A stretch of DNA of 64,000 nt from Nitrospirota bacterium (GTDB lineage Bacteria > Nitrospirota > UBA9217), in NCBI GenBank assembly GCA_963751455.1, contig CAVVUN010000012.1:352001-416000 (forward strand), given 5' to 3'. A program made the position numbers and the translations under genes. Positions 32,701 through 44,712 of the stretch are shown one piece after another (within the stretch, counting starts at the first letter, position 1; the number at the start of each line of letters is the position of its first letter). The notes under the pieces were generated by a model. The model saw nothing but the letters and a program-made list of their open reading frames with translations. It did not search any database and was not told where the DNA came from.

Positions 32701-32735
32701 GCGACGTTTATTTGAAATCTTTTCTTTATCTGCAT
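29703..32735 (-). CDS. 2TM-HAMP-PASx4 histidine kinase (Cph1-type)
   Basis: SNRELEQFAYVASHDLQEPLR; NLIGNSVKY; DNGIGI; GTGIGLA. Confidence 0.93.
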   Translation of the reverse strand: MQIKKRFQINVAVSVITAVVIGLVLFLALDQVKHTVQELEISGEILSSAFDRSALRDDYLRNNSERAKVQWFVRHEQIGTLLKAAAEKFKDAEDKAVIDKMIKDQESTGKLFSAVVENREKAKSGEKSIALSRETENRLISQLEMRLYDKVLYVRTLREVAQKHLFSSLRLAGCGIIILITIAAAAAIINSWIMGRTMTHRIERLQDGASIIGAGNLDHRIDITGNDEFADLSKAFNAMTEKVQASYRDLEGEIAARRMMEDALKQSERELETIIENAPACVKLVAEDGTLLKMNRAGLKIIEADGPGQVQGKSIYPLVSSLYRSAFINLTKKVFRGGAGTLEFEAVGLKGKKLWLNTHGVPLYDNAGEITALLGITVDVTDRKKAEEILRESENRLKRSQEIAHLGSWELDVVNNVLTWSDEVYRIFGLQPREFDATYEAFLEAVHPDDRAAVDEAYSGSLRDGRNTYEIEHRVVRKSTGEIRYVHEKCEHARDETDRIIRSAGMVQDITERKRAEEALRKSEERYRGLFENMIEGYAYCKMIFENGKPKDFIYLSVNHAFETLTGLKNVAGKRVTEVIPGIREADLELFEIYGRVSLTGKPERFEMFVETLKMWFSILVYSPEKEFFVAVFDVITERKRAEEALRDSEQRLRFHVENSPMAVVEWDADFNVTRWAGEAEKMFGWSAAETVGKLIMDLRMIYEDDIPIVNRTMERLTSGKERTVVSSNRNYTKSGAVIECVWYNSILLDAKGQMVSVLSLVQDITERKRAEEERERLLADLARSNRELEQFAYVASHDLQEPLRMVASYVQLLEEKYKGRLDGKADKYIHYAVDGAERMQKLIEGLLAYSRIARRGAEFGPVELNKVFSLAVSNLTTSIQESKTAITRDELPTLPGDETQLIQLFQNLIGNSVKYRKPDTPPLVHVAAKREGRAWVFSIRDNGIGIEPEHFDRIFQIFQRLHTRGEYSGTGIGLALCKRIVERHHGRIWVESIPGEGATFYFTLPERKM

Positions 32736-32921
32736 AACTCGACCCCTACCTCAGTATCGTTACCACATCCGGTCTGATCGACTCCAGCCCGTCAATGTAA
32801 ATAAAATCAAGATAACAGCACCGGTAACATAACGCCTTCACTGCGTCGCCGACAATACGGCAAAGGTATGATCATCATCCGCTTTCTAATTTGCCGCCTT
32901 ACCTGAGTTAAAGAGGTATCT

Positions 32922-35900
32922 TTATCGGGGCGAGACCAGCTCCTTGAACTTCTCCGCGGGCAGCGGCCTGCTGAACAGAAAGCCCTGCGCTTCGTCGCAA
33001 TCCGAATTGCGCAGAAACGCGAGCTGCTCCTCGGTCTCTACTCCCTCGGCGAGCACCTTGATCCTCATAGCATGCGCCATGACGGTAACCGCGCTGATGA
33101 TGGCGCGGTCGTCGGGATCAATGACGATATCCTTTATGAACGATTGGTCGATCTTGAGCTTTTGAATAGGGAGCCGTTTCAGGTAATTCAATGATGAGTA
33201 GCCTGTTCCGAAATCATCTATGGAAGAATGGACCCCCATTTTTACAAGCTCACTCAAACGGCTTATGGTACGTTCGATATTGCTCATCGCCAGGGTCTCC
33301 GTTATCTCCACATCCAGGCATTCCGGAGGGGCGCCGGTCTGTTGCAGTATGCTTAAAATCTTATCGGCTAATTCGGGATTCTGAAACTCCCGCGCGGAGA
33401 GATTCACGGTAACGCAGACCGGAGACAAACCCGCGTCCAGCCACGACCTGACCTGAGTACAGGCGGTCTTAAGCACATGTTCATCGATTGCGGTAATAAA
33501 CCCGGTGTCTTCCGCCGCAGGGATGAAGCGCTTCGGATCAAGTAGACCCATCTCCGGATGGCGCCAGCGCACGAGCGCTTCGGCACAGATGATCTTTCCG
33601 GAGCTGATGTCGATCTGCGGCTGGTAATACACTATCAGCTCTCCTCGTTCAAGGGTCTGACGCAGACTGCCTTCAAGCCTGATCCTTTCAACCGACCGGC
33701 GATTAATATCGGGATTATAGAAATAATAGGCGTTTTTGCCGAGATCTTTCGCCTGGTACAAGGCAATATCCGCGTATCTGAAAAGCGTATCTGTTTCCTC
33801 GCTGTCATCAGGATAGATGCTGACCCCGATGCTGGTGGTGATGTGCAGCTCCTGACCCGCGACCGGGAAGGGACGCCGAAAGGAATCCATTATCTTCCGC
33901 ATAGTAACGGTAATATCGTTCGCGCGGACAATATCGGAAAGGATAAGATTGAATTCATCCCCGCCGATGCGGGCGACGGTATCCGAAGCCCTGATGCAGG
34001 CTTTGATCCGGGTCGCGACTTCCTTGAGCAGCTCGTCCCCCGCGTCGTGGCCCAGGGTGTCGTTCACTTCCTTGAAACGGTCGAGGTCCAGAAACAGGAC
34101 CGCCAGTTTTGTCCGATTGCGCCGCGCCTGTGCAACCTCAATTTCAATGATATCCATGTAAAAACGCCTGTTCGGCAGACCGGTCAGGGCATCGTGATGC
34201 GCCATATGCCTGATTTCCTCTTCCATTTTTTTTCTTTCCGAGATGTCCGTGGAAATCCCCGCAATGCCGTAGGCGCGTCCCGAAGCATCGAAAAGAGGGG
34301 ACTTTACCGAGGTGTATATGTGAAGACCGTCAGCTTGCGGAACAACTTCCTCAAATTCAATCGGCGCTCGGCTCTCGATTACTTTCCGGTTATTGATCAG
34401 CATCGAAGCTGCAATTTCACGGGGAAACAGGTCATGCAGGGACGTGCCTGCTATTCTCTCGCTCGTTACATTGAATAGTTCTTCGAAGCGCCGGTTGATG
34501 TGGATGAAGCGGCCGTCTGCATCGACCATATATACTACAGCGGGCGTATTGTTCAGGATTACGCTCAGCTTGCCTTCGCTTTCGCGAAGCGCATTTTCGA
34601 TGAGCATCCGATGGAGCAGGGTTTCGGTTTCAGCCGCCAATATCTCGAAAGTTTGTATATCGACCCTTGCGGGCTTCTCGATCCGGGTGGAGCCTAGATT
34701 CAGGAATCCGAACGTCTCTTCTCTGACGCGCAAAGGTATCGAGAATGCATGACGCATACCGTGCATTCTGAAGAGCTCACGCATATCGTCGAACTCTTCA
34801 ACTAAATCTATCAGCTCTTTCTGTTCCAGAACCGCCTTGACTATCGGCCGGTCCATGGGCACCTGCTCCACATCACGGATAAATGCCGCGGGCAGGCCCT
34901 TATGGTATCGAAGAACAGCGGACCCCTTTTCAACGAGGTATACCCCGCCTCCTTCCATGCCGGTAAGCCGTAACGCGGCAGCAAGAAGCTGCTGTAAAGC
35001 ATCCTCAAAAGTCCTGCTGTTGCTTATGGCTACCATGACTTTCTGCAGTTGCTCACCGGTGTCGGCTGCCCGCTTCAGCGCCTCTTCCGCCCGCTTCCGC
35101 TCGCTGATGTCCACGCTGTAAGCCCAGTCGTACTCTCTCCCCCCGAACGAGACATAATTGGCCGATATCTCCACCGTGATCAACGTGCCGTCTTTTTTCC
35201 GGTGCAGGCTTTCGAAGCGCACACTGCCTTTTTTCTTGAGACTTCCCCACATGTCGGCCCATGCGGACATGGGAACATTAGGGTCCAGGTCCGGAATGGT
35301 CATTGCCAGCAATTCTTCCTGAGAATATCCAAGGGAGCGGCATGCGTGATCGTTCACATACAGGATGCGGGCGTCTTTTCCGATGAGGAAAGCGGAAACC
35401 GAGGCGTGGTCAACCGAGAACTTTGTCAGTTGCAGGGTTTCTTCGGCCTTTTTGCGTCCGCTTATGTCGCGGACGATCCCCGAAGCATGCCAGGTGTTCC
35501 CGAGCTTGAAGGACGTTACGGACAACTCGATGGGGAATCTCGTGCCGTCCTTTTTTGTGGCGTTTAACTCAAGTGCCTTGCCGATTACTTTGCACTCACC
35601 CGACTTCTCGAAAACCGGAAGCCGGTCATAGTATTCCTGCCTGGCTTGCTCCGAGACCAGGAACGTATGGAGCTGCCTGCCTACCGTCTCTTCCCGTGTA
35701 TATCCGAACAGCCTTTCAGCCGCGGGGTTCAGATATGAAATTTCCCCTTTTCCGTCAATAATAAAGATTGCATCCAAGGAGGAATGATTCACCGCTTTGA
35801 GAGTCCTATCGCTCTCCTCGACATATTTCTCCGTCTTCAGGCGGTATAATACAAAATAAGTTATAAGCCAGATAACGATTATCCCGAACATCCTGTTGCT

Positions 35901-36137
35901 GAGCGCCACAGAAAGGGGCACGCCCCCCGGGGGAGATAAAACAATATCGAGTAAGAGTAAGAGCGTATAGGCAGAGGCAAGATAAGGAACATAGGCCAGG
36001 TTCATAAAACGCAGGCAAAGAATGAAGGGAAATAAATGGAGTATCCATTCGAAATGACCCAATGGCATCATAAGATCGAAAATAAAAACTCCGATCACGA
36101 CCATTGCCAGAATAATACCGATTATATTTAACTTCAT
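32922..36137 (-). CDS. TM-PAS-PAS-GAF-PAS-GGDEF-EAL (paralogue 5)
   Basis: N-terminal TMs (DLMMPLG); RASD...GGDEF; EAL; DDFGTG. Confidence 0.92.
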   Translation of the reverse strand: MKLNIIGIILAMVVIGVFIFDLMMPLGHFEWILHLFPFILCLRFMNLAYVPYLASAYTLLLLLDIVLSPPGGVPLSVALSNRMFGIIVIWLITYFVLYRLKTEKYVEESDRTLKAVNHSSLDAIFIIDGKGEISYLNPAAERLFGYTREETVGRQLHTFLVSEQARQEYYDRLPVFEKSGECKVIGKALELNATKKDGTRFPIELSVTSFKLGNTWHASGIVRDISGRKKAEETLQLTKFSVDHASVSAFLIGKDARILYVNDHACRSLGYSQEELLAMTIPDLDPNVPMSAWADMWGSLKKKGSVRFESLHRKKDGTLITVEISANYVSFGGREYDWAYSVDISERKRAEEALKRAADTGEQLQKVMVAISNSRTFEDALQQLLAAALRLTGMEGGGVYLVEKGSAVLRYHKGLPAAFIRDVEQVPMDRPIVKAVLEQKELIDLVEEFDDMRELFRMHGMRHAFSIPLRVREETFGFLNLGSTRIEKPARVDIQTFEILAAETETLLHRMLIENALRESEGKLSVILNNTPAVVYMVDADGRFIHINRRFEELFNVTSERIAGTSLHDLFPREIAASMLINNRKVIESRAPIEFEEVVPQADGLHIYTSVKSPLFDASGRAYGIAGISTDISERKKMEEEIRHMAHHDALTGLPNRRFYMDIIEIEVAQARRNRTKLAVLFLDLDRFKEVNDTLGHDAGDELLKEVATRIKACIRASDTVARIGGDEFNLILSDIVRANDITVTMRKIMDSFRRPFPVAGQELHITTSIGVSIYPDDSEETDTLFRYADIALYQAKDLGKNAYYFYNPDINRRSVERIRLEGSLRQTLERGELIVYYQPQIDISSGKIICAEALVRWRHPEMGLLDPKRFIPAAEDTGFITAIDEHVLKTACTQVRSWLDAGLSPVCVTVNLSAREFQNPELADKILSILQQTGAPPECLDVEITETLAMSNIERTISRLSELVKMGVHSSIDDFGTGYSSLNYLKRLPIQKLKIDQSFIKDIVIDPDDRAIISAVTVMAHAMRIKVLAEGVETEEQLAFLRNSDCDEAQGFLFSRPLPAEKFKELVSPR

Positions 36138-36370
36138 TTTCTCACGAACCTTTCCGGCAAGTTCCTCGCAGGATCACCCTCAGGACAAAAGAGGTTATCT
36201 TGGCAAGCTCAGGCGCTTGTCGGGAGCTGAATGTCCATTAAATGTTAAATGTCAGCCACGAATTAACACTAATTCCCACGATAAAGACTTGGTTTTGGAT
36301 GCCTTCGCGTCCATTCGTGACCATTCAGGCACCGCCCACCCCAGGTTTGGCAAATAATACTCTGCCGGTA

Positions 36371-39300
36371 CTATCCCGTGGCTACCAGCTCCCTGAACTT
36401 ATCCGCGGTCACCGGCCTGCTGAACAGAAATCCCTGAGCCTCATCGCAATCCGAATCGCGCAGAAACGCAAGCTGCTCCTCGGTCTCGACTCCTTCGGCC
36501 ACGGTTCGCATTCCCATCTTATGCGCCATCGACGTGACCGCGCTTATGATCGCCCGGTCATCCTGGTCCGTCACAATATCGCGAATAAATGATTTATCTA
36601 TCTTAAGGCGTTCAATCGGGAATTTTTTAAGATAATTAAGCGATGAATAGCCGGTGCCGAAATCATCGATCGAAATATGCACTCCCATTTCCCGCAGTTC
36701 GCGCAATTGCGAGGCGCTCCGCTCTACATCTCTCATTGCCGTGCTTTCGGTCACTTCGAGGTCGAGGCAACCCGGAGACGTTCCGGTTTCCCGGAGGATC
36801 GTGGAAATCATGGCGACCAGGTCCGGGCTCTCGAACTGGCGGGCGGAAAGGTTCACGGTAACACAAAAGGTGTCGAGGCCCGCCTTCTTCCACGCGGCTG
36901 CCTGGCTGCAGACCGTCTTCAGCACCCATTCGTCTATCGACGTTATGAACCCGGTCTCTTCCGCGAGGGGTATGAACTCCTTCGGCTCAAGCATTCCTCT
37001 GTGCGGGTGGTTCCATCTCACCAGCGCCTCGGCATACCATATTTTGTTCGATTTAATATCGATCTGGGGCTGGTACAGCACGGACAGTTCGCCGCGCTTT
37101 ATCGTTTGGCGGAGAAAGCTCTCCAGTTTCATCTGCTCGAGCGAGCGGATGTTGATCGAGGGATTATAGAACCGGAAGGTGTTTCTGCCGCTTTCCTTCG
37201 CATGGTACATGGCGATATCCGCATACCTGAGAAGGGTTTCGATCTCGTCGCTGTCGTCCGGGTAGATGCTGATGCCGACGCTGGTCGTTACATGCAGCAG
37301 GTGGCCGTCAATGTCAGATCGGCTCGTGGAGAGAATTGACGATCTTGAGCGCGATCTCGCTCACATCTTCCGAACGGGCAATATCGGAAAGGATCATGTT
37401 GAATTCGTCCCCGCCGATCCTCGCGACGGTATCGGCTTCGCGGATTGTTAGCCTGAAGCGCGACGCAGCCTGCTTCAGCAGCCGGTCCCCGGCCTCATGG
37501 CCGAGCGTATCGTTGATCTCCTTGAAGCGATCGAGATCGAGAAACAGGATTGCAAGCTTCGTCCTGTGCCTGCGTGCCTGCGCAAGTTCGACATTCAGGA
37601 TGTCTATGAACAACCGCCTGTTGGGGAGCCCGGTCAGGGCGTCGTGCTGCGCCATGTGCCGTATCTGTTCTTCCATGCGCTTGCGTTCTGTCACGTCCCG
37701 CGCGATTCCTGCCGTGCCTGTGACCTCGCCTTTATCATTATAAATCGGCGTCTTGATCGACTCGATCCACCTGCCTTCTCCGACTGCAAGGGGCTCTTCA
37801 ACGCGTTTCTGAGCCCGGCTTTTCATGACTTCACGGTCGTCAGCCCTGTACCGCTCCGCCAGCTCTTTGGGCCATACGTCCAGATCGGTTTTTCCGATCA
37901 GGTCCTCGGGTTTGTTCCCGGTTGCTCTGGCCATGGGCTCGTTCACAACAATAAAACGGCTTTCCCTGTCCTTGAGCCACACCATATCGGGAATGCTGTT
38001 TACAATCGCCTTTAACAGGCGCTCACTCGTCCGGAGCGCCTGATACAACTCGGCATTCTCCAGGGCGAGCGAAACGGAGGCAGAGAGTTTCCTCGCGAAA
38101 TCGATACGTTCCTCCTCGAACTCGATCCGCCGTGAAAGGCCGTAAAAAGCAATGGCCCCGGCAATCCTCTTTGTCGTGATCAGGGGAGACACGAGCAGGG
38201 AACGAATTCCCATTTCCTTTACAAAAGGAATATTAAGCCGTTCATCATTGGCTGCGTCATTGAAGGCGACAGTATCTCTAACCTGGGCCACATACTGCAT
38301 GGCCCTCAGTTCGTCGGACGCAAGCCTTCGCCTTGAAAATTCCTCGGGCATGTTGTAGACGCGGCGAACATGAAAAATCCCGTCTTCATACAGCCCGATC
38401 AATGTCCCGTCGACTTTCATGACCCGGGCCGCCTCTTGTACGACCCGCTGCATGATCTCGTCGAAATCGAGCGTTGAGTGGATCACGGTCCCGAGACGAT
38501 TAAGAGCGTCGCTCAATTCCTTTGACTTCCGGATCAGCTCCACGGCCTTCTGCCGCTCGGTAATTTCCATCCGAAGCTCATCATTTATTTTTGCCAGCTG
38601 TTGCGTGCGTTCCCGGACTTTCGCTTCCAATTCCGCGTATGCCTGTTTGAGGATGTTCTCCGCTTGCTTGCGTCCGGTAATGTCCACGCCGAACGCGACG
38701 TTGTATTCCCGTCCTCCGAATGACAAATAGTTCAGGGACATCTGGACCGGGACGAATGTCCCGTTCTTTTTCCGGTGCTGCGTTTCAAAGTGAAGGTTTC
38801 CTTCCTTCTTGAGCTGCGCCCAGTGATCGTCCCATTTTGAAAGCGGGTAATCGGGATCCAGGTCGTATACCGCCATGGACAGCAGCTCTTCGCGGGAATA
38901 CCCGAGCGTACGGCATGCCTGTTCGTTCACATACTGGAAGCGCGCGTCGTGTCCCACTAAATAAGCGCATACGGACGCGTGGTCCATGGAGAACTGCGTC
39001 AGTCTCAGACTCTCTTCCGCCTGCTTGCGTTCGGATATGTCCCGGACGCTTGCAAGTATCCGGTCCCTGCCTTTGAGCGGAACCCGCCGCAAGTTCACCT
39101 CGACCGGGAAGATTTTGCCTGTTTTGCTCCTGGCCAGCCACTCAAACGTCTGAGGCTCCCCTGCTGCCGCCCGGTGCAGGATTGCAAGCGCATCGGCGTT
39201 CGTATATCCGGGAGACCCGGCGCTCAAGGAACCCACATCAAGGCCCTGTATTTCATCGACTTCATATTCATAAAGGTCTTCGAATTTCCGGTTTACCTCC

Positions 39301-39770
39301 AGGATCCGGCCTGTTTTTATATCATGAACGAAAATAGCGTCATGGACGGAGTTGAAAATCATTCGAAAGCTTTCTTCTGATTCTTCGAGCTCATGCTGGA
39401 CGCGGTTCCGTTCGGTAATATCCCTCATGATTGAGGCATACCCAATGATTTCACCGGCCTGTTTCAGCAGGACCGCTGTCAATTCAATCGGTACGATTCT
39501 GCCGTCTTTTGCGAGCCGCAAAGTCTGGTACTCCGACATCTTGCCTTTCTCGTTCAGCTCGTGTATGCAGTGCTCGATCTCCCGCTGCGCGATATCCGGC
39601 GGTATTATTACTGCAACATTTTTTCCTATCAGTTCATCCTCACGGTATCCGAATATCTCCTCGGCGCCCCTGTTCCATGAACGTATGATCCAATCGGTGT
39701 CCATGATGCAGATGGCGTCGGGGATATTCTGGCAAATTTCGTACAATACATTGGCTTGAATTTTTTTCAT
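36371..39770 (-). CDS. PASx3-GAF-PAS-GGDEF-EAL (paralogue 6), one frameshift near 37315
   Basis: 37314-39770 ends inside GGDEF and continues in 36371-37210. Confidence 0.88.
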
Positions 39771-40104
39771 GGCTGTTCACCGAAAAAGGGCGCTCTCAGT
39801 CGCGCTTTTTTACTGCAATAAGTCTTTATGCTTCTCCCATCCCCAAATCCTCTTAATATAATTATAATTCCAATCTCATGGCGAATGAATTACACATAAG
39901 GATGAGCCGCACTGTGGCCGGTAGAATTGAGCATCGAACGGGCTATTGATTCGATCTCACGCAGCGGAAAGGTGGACTTCTTCGCTGAGCTCGGAAGTGA
40001 AAGGGTGTTGCCTGGAGAAGGAAAGGACCTGGTCAGTCAGGGTACCGGACTGAAACTGAAAGGAAGGGATTAAATTAGAGCATGAGCCTGATATCGGCAG
40101 TACC

Positions 40105-40525
40105 TAACAGGCTGTTGAAAAAGTATCTTTAGCCGTCGTTGCGAGCGGACGATTTTCCCAGGAGATAAATTTATTAACTATTTTTAAGCTGTTCTCTGTG
40201 CCCTCTGTGTCCTGTGGCAAAATTTCTTCCCATTTTGGGTAAAATTTGATTCGTAACAGATTAACAACGCAAGCCTCAGACCGGTGAAGTAAAACCGGAA
40301 TCTTGACAAAAGCACATTTATCCGCAGATTTCGCAGATGCATGCAGATTTTTAAGAAGAATAAATCGGCGAAAATCTGCGTAATCTGCGGATATAATATC
40401 GACTGCATAAAATCAAAAGCGGTCTCGCGCAAAGACGCCAAGGCGCAAAGACAACCTTAAATCCCTGATCTTGATTTAAAAATAATAAAGAGAGTTCGCC
40501 TTTCTTTGCGGCTTTGCGCGAAAAT
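40105..40525. repeat. Cluster of MITE/REP remnants, including a possible IS-end-like AACAGGCTGTTGAAAAAG
   Basis: ctctgtgccctctgtgtcctgtggc; tatccgcagatttcgcagat...atctgcgtaatctgcggata; tcgcgcaaagacgccaaggcgcaaag...ctttgcggctttgcgcga. Confidence 0.6.
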
Positions 40526-40586
40526 TGATTTTATCTTGGTCTTTCAAACTTGACTCTAAATTTAAGATGTTGGTCCATAAAGTACT

Positions 40587-43500
40587 TTAACGGGTCGAGA
40601 TCAGCTCCGTCATTTTTTCGGCCGGTACCGGCCTGCTGAACAGAAACCCCTGGGCCTCATCGCAGTGGCTTTCCTTCAGGAACGAAAGCTGCTCTTCGGT
40701 TTCAACTCCTTGCGCAATGACCTTTATTTTCAGGGAGTGCGCCATGGCCGTTGCCGCCTCAATTATTGCGCGGTCGTCGCGGTCCACGGCTATGTCCCTG
40801 ATGAACGATCTATCGATCTTCAGCTTTTCCACCGGCATTCTCCTGAGATAATTCAGCGACGAATAGCCGATGCCGAAACCGTCCAGGGAAAAATGAACTC
40901 CCAATTCAGCCAATTTGTCCATTAAGCCCCGCGTGTACTCGACATCGCTCATGGCTATTCTTTCAGAAAGCTCGATATGCAGGAATTCCCCGGGTGTGCC
41001 GGTTTCCTTCAGGATTGATTCTATTTTTTTTACAAGATTGGGGCTCTGAAATTCACGATTGGACAGGTTCACGCTCACACATACCGGGCGAAACCCTGAG
41101 TCCTGCCATGACCGGAGCTGCCTGCAAACGGCGGACAATACCCATTCGTCTATCTCCTTAATGAAGCCGCTCTCCTCGGCCTCGGGTATGAAGTCCTCCG
41201 GAAGAAGCAGTCCTCTTTCAGGATGCCGCCACCGCACAAGCGCCTCTGCGCAAATCACCTTGCCGCTGATGACGTCGATCTGCGGCAGGTAATAGAGGAC
41301 CATTTCCCCGAGTTCGACGCTCCGGCGCAGCATCTGCTCCAGACGCGCTCGTTCTATCGACCGTATATTGATTGAAGGATCGTAGAAGCGATACGTGTTT
41401 CTGCCGCTTTCCTTCGCGTGGTACATGGCCATGTCCGCGTATCTCAGCAGGGTGTCTATTTCCGTTCCATCATCGGGATAGATGCTGATGCCGACACTGG
41501 TCGTTGTTTTCAGTTCGCCGCCGGCGATCATAAACGGCTTCCGGAAGCTGTCCACGATTTTTCTCGCGATGTCGGAAACCGCATCGGAACGGCCGATATC
41601 GGCAAGAATGATGCTGAACTCGTCGCCGCCTATGCGGCCGATGCTGTCCGATTTGCGCAGGGCCGATTTGAGCCGGGATGCAACTTCCTTGAGCAGCTGG
41701 TCCCCTGCCTCGTGGCCGAGCGTATCGTTGATCTCCTTGAAACGGTCCAGATCGAGAAAGAGAATGGCGAGCTTCTTGTGGTTCCGTTCGGCCTGCGCCA
41801 TCTCGATATTCGCAATTTCGTTGAACAGACGCCGGTTCGGCAAACCCGTCAGCATGTCGTGATGCGCCATGTGCCTGATCTCCTCTTCCATCCTTTTCCG
41901 GTCCGTGACGTCCTCCACAATTGCCGAAGTATGAAGCGGTCGGCCGAGTGAGTCGTGCGCTACTGCGGCCCAGACATGCACCCATATTATCCGGCCGTCT
42001 TTTCTGATATATCGTTTCTCGGTTTCATACGTTGGCGCGCCGGGCAAGAGCGTTTTGGCGAATGCCTCCGCGTCCAGCGTTCGGTCTTCGGGATGAGTCA
42101 ACTCGTTGAAGGTCATTGATCTCAGTTCTTCACAAGTGTATCCGGTCATCTCGCAGAACCGCTGGTTGGTTCTGGAAAACCTCATGGTTGCCGGGTCCAA
42201 CTGGGTCGTTCCGACGGCAGCCAGTTCGAAAAACGTCCTGAAACGCTCCTCGCTTTCCTGCAAAGCCTCCTGCGCCTTCACCATGTCGGTAACATCCCAA
42301 TGTATCAGCACTACCTCATGAATTTGGTCCCCCGCGCCTTTAACCGGGTAGATGAAGGCCTTTACCCAGCGGGCACGGCCCGCGTAGTCTATTTCGGACG
42401 GATCATAACCGGTTATCGGTATCTCCGACGCTTCTCCGGCAAAGCCTTTCTGAATATAGAGGCATGATGCCTTTGTCGAGAAGTTGCTTATCATGCAATA
42501 CGTTATAGTCTTTGATCGCATCGAGCTTCAACCCCCACAGCTCTTCCCAGGCATGGTTCACCTCCAGGGTCCGGCCGTCGGGCGCGAATATCTGCATGCT
42601 GATGGAAGATTGCTTGAAGAGATTGCGGAACCTCGATTCGGAGACCCGCAAAGCCTCCTCTGCCTCTTTCCGTTCGGTTATATTTCGCTGGACATGCACG
42701 ACCTGTACGACATTGCCCGGTCTCGTCCCTGATCGGCGACGTGGAAACCTCGACAAATATCTTTTTTCCCTTCCTGTCGTAATGCACGTGGTCAACGGAA
42801 AAGTGGTCTTTCGTCTTTACCGTCTCTATGAACGGGCAGATATCGTCAGGCGCCGAACACATATCGGGCCGGTGATGGGTTATTTCATAACAGTGTTTTC
42901 CTGCTATTTCCGCCTGGTCCGAATATCCGTAGTTTTTAAGAAAGACATTATTCGCTGAAACTATCGTGAAGTCCCGAACGTCGATAAGCGAGATCGCATC
43001 GTTCACGCTGTCGATGATAGTCTTGTTGAGACTATAGGAAAGCCTCAGCTCATTTTCAGCCCGCTTGCGCTCGCTGATGTCAAGGGCGAATCCGATATTG
43101 TACTCCCGCCCTCCGAAGGAGAGATAATTCACCGAGATATCCATCGGGATCAATGCTCCGTCCTTTCTCCGATGCAGGCTCTCGAAATGCAGAAAGCCTT
43201 CCTTTTTGAGCTGCTCCCAATGGTCTCCCCAGCGGGAATGCGGGAAATTGGGATCCAGATCCGGGATAGTCATGGACAAGCAATTCTTCGCGCGAATAGC
43301 CCAGGTCCCGGCATGCCTGCTCGTTCGCATACAGGATTCGCGCATCCCGGGCAACGATAAATGCGGAAACTGAGGCATGGTCCAGTGAGAACTGCGTCAG
43401 TTTCAGTGCTTCTTCAGCCCGGCGCGCTTCCGTTACGTCCTGCGCTGTTCCCCGCATACTGATGATTATGCACCCGCGCTGTTGTATTCAAGCCGAAGCC

Positions 43501-44712
43501 GGGTATAAATAGTCCGGATCGTGCCGTCCGGCCTGATGATCCGGTACTCGTTAAATGTGGTTTCTTTCCGTTCGTTCGCTGCTTCTGCAAGCGATTTCTC
43601 GATGCCGGCCCTGTCTTCCGGGTGCACCAGTTCCATAAATGCTTCATACGTTCCCTTGAATTCGCCGCGCGGGACATTGAAAATACGATAAACTTCATCG
43701 GACCACGTTACCGTGTTTGCTGCGACGTCCCACTCCCAGTTCCCGATTCCCGCTATCTGCTGCGCCTCTTCGAGCTGTCCCTTGGTTCTCCTGATTTCCT
43801 GCTCTGTTCTTTTGCGCTCGGTGATCTCCCGCACAATGGCGAGCAGCCGGGTTTCGCCGCCGATGACCGCCCGCTTCAGGTTGACCTCGACCCAGAACAG
43901 TTCCCCGTTCTTTCTTCTGCTCATCCACTCGAACAGCTGAGGAGGGCCGGCGGCAGCGCGGCGCATCTATTTCGATGGCATCTTGAGCGGTATAGCCGGG
44001 CAGCCCTGAAAAAAGAGACTCATCAATAAACTTGCGAAATTCCCCGTGAGAGTATCCGAACATTTCTTCTGTTTTCCGATTAACGGAAATAACTTCTCCC
44101 GTTTCGATATCATGGACGAAAATGGCATCGTTGACGGATTCGAAAATCTCACGGTAATTCTCTTCGCTTTCTTTAAGGGCCTCTTCCGCCTTTCTGCGCT
44201 CGGTAATATCACTGAAGGTAACCACCGCGCCCCTGATCTCGCCGCCTTCCAGTATAGGCGTGCTGGTATATTCGACCGGGAATTGGGCTCCGTCCTTTCT
44301 GCAGAAACATTCATCATCAACATGCATCACCCTGCCTTTCCGGAAGGCTGCATACGTCCTGCATTCGCTCCTCCGGATAAGGACTTCCATCGGGTCTTAC
44401 ATAGTGGATACAGGAGTGGCTATGCTTGCCTAATAGTTCCCCTTCTTTGTAGCCGAGCATTGCCGCAGCCGCTTTGTTCATGAAGGTGTAATTGCCCTGC
44501 ACATCCAGCCCGAATATTCCCTCGCCTGCGGACTGCAGTATCAGCTCGTACCTGCGGCTGAGCTGTCTGAAACGCTCTTCCGCCCGCTCAAGCTCCTGGA
44601 GTTGCTGCTGGAGCTTCGGGTAATAACTCTTTCTGATGGAACGTTCTCCGAGCCCGATTATTTTTTCCCGCAGCTTATCGAAGTCTTCGGGTTTGTCAGA
44701 GCGCCTGCTCAT
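40587..44712 (-). CDS. ErcS-type N-terminus-multi-PAS-GGDEF-EAL (paralogue 7), multiple frameshifts; EAL degenerate
   Basis: MSRRSDK...IIGLGERSIRKSYYPKL; about 7 PAS pieces in consecutive frames; RKSD...GGDEF; LDGFGIG; AQGVET. Confidence 0.8.

Noticed and set aside
40105-40125. Intact insertion sequence
   Set aside because: Only one IS-end-like motif is present, with no transposase or matching second end.
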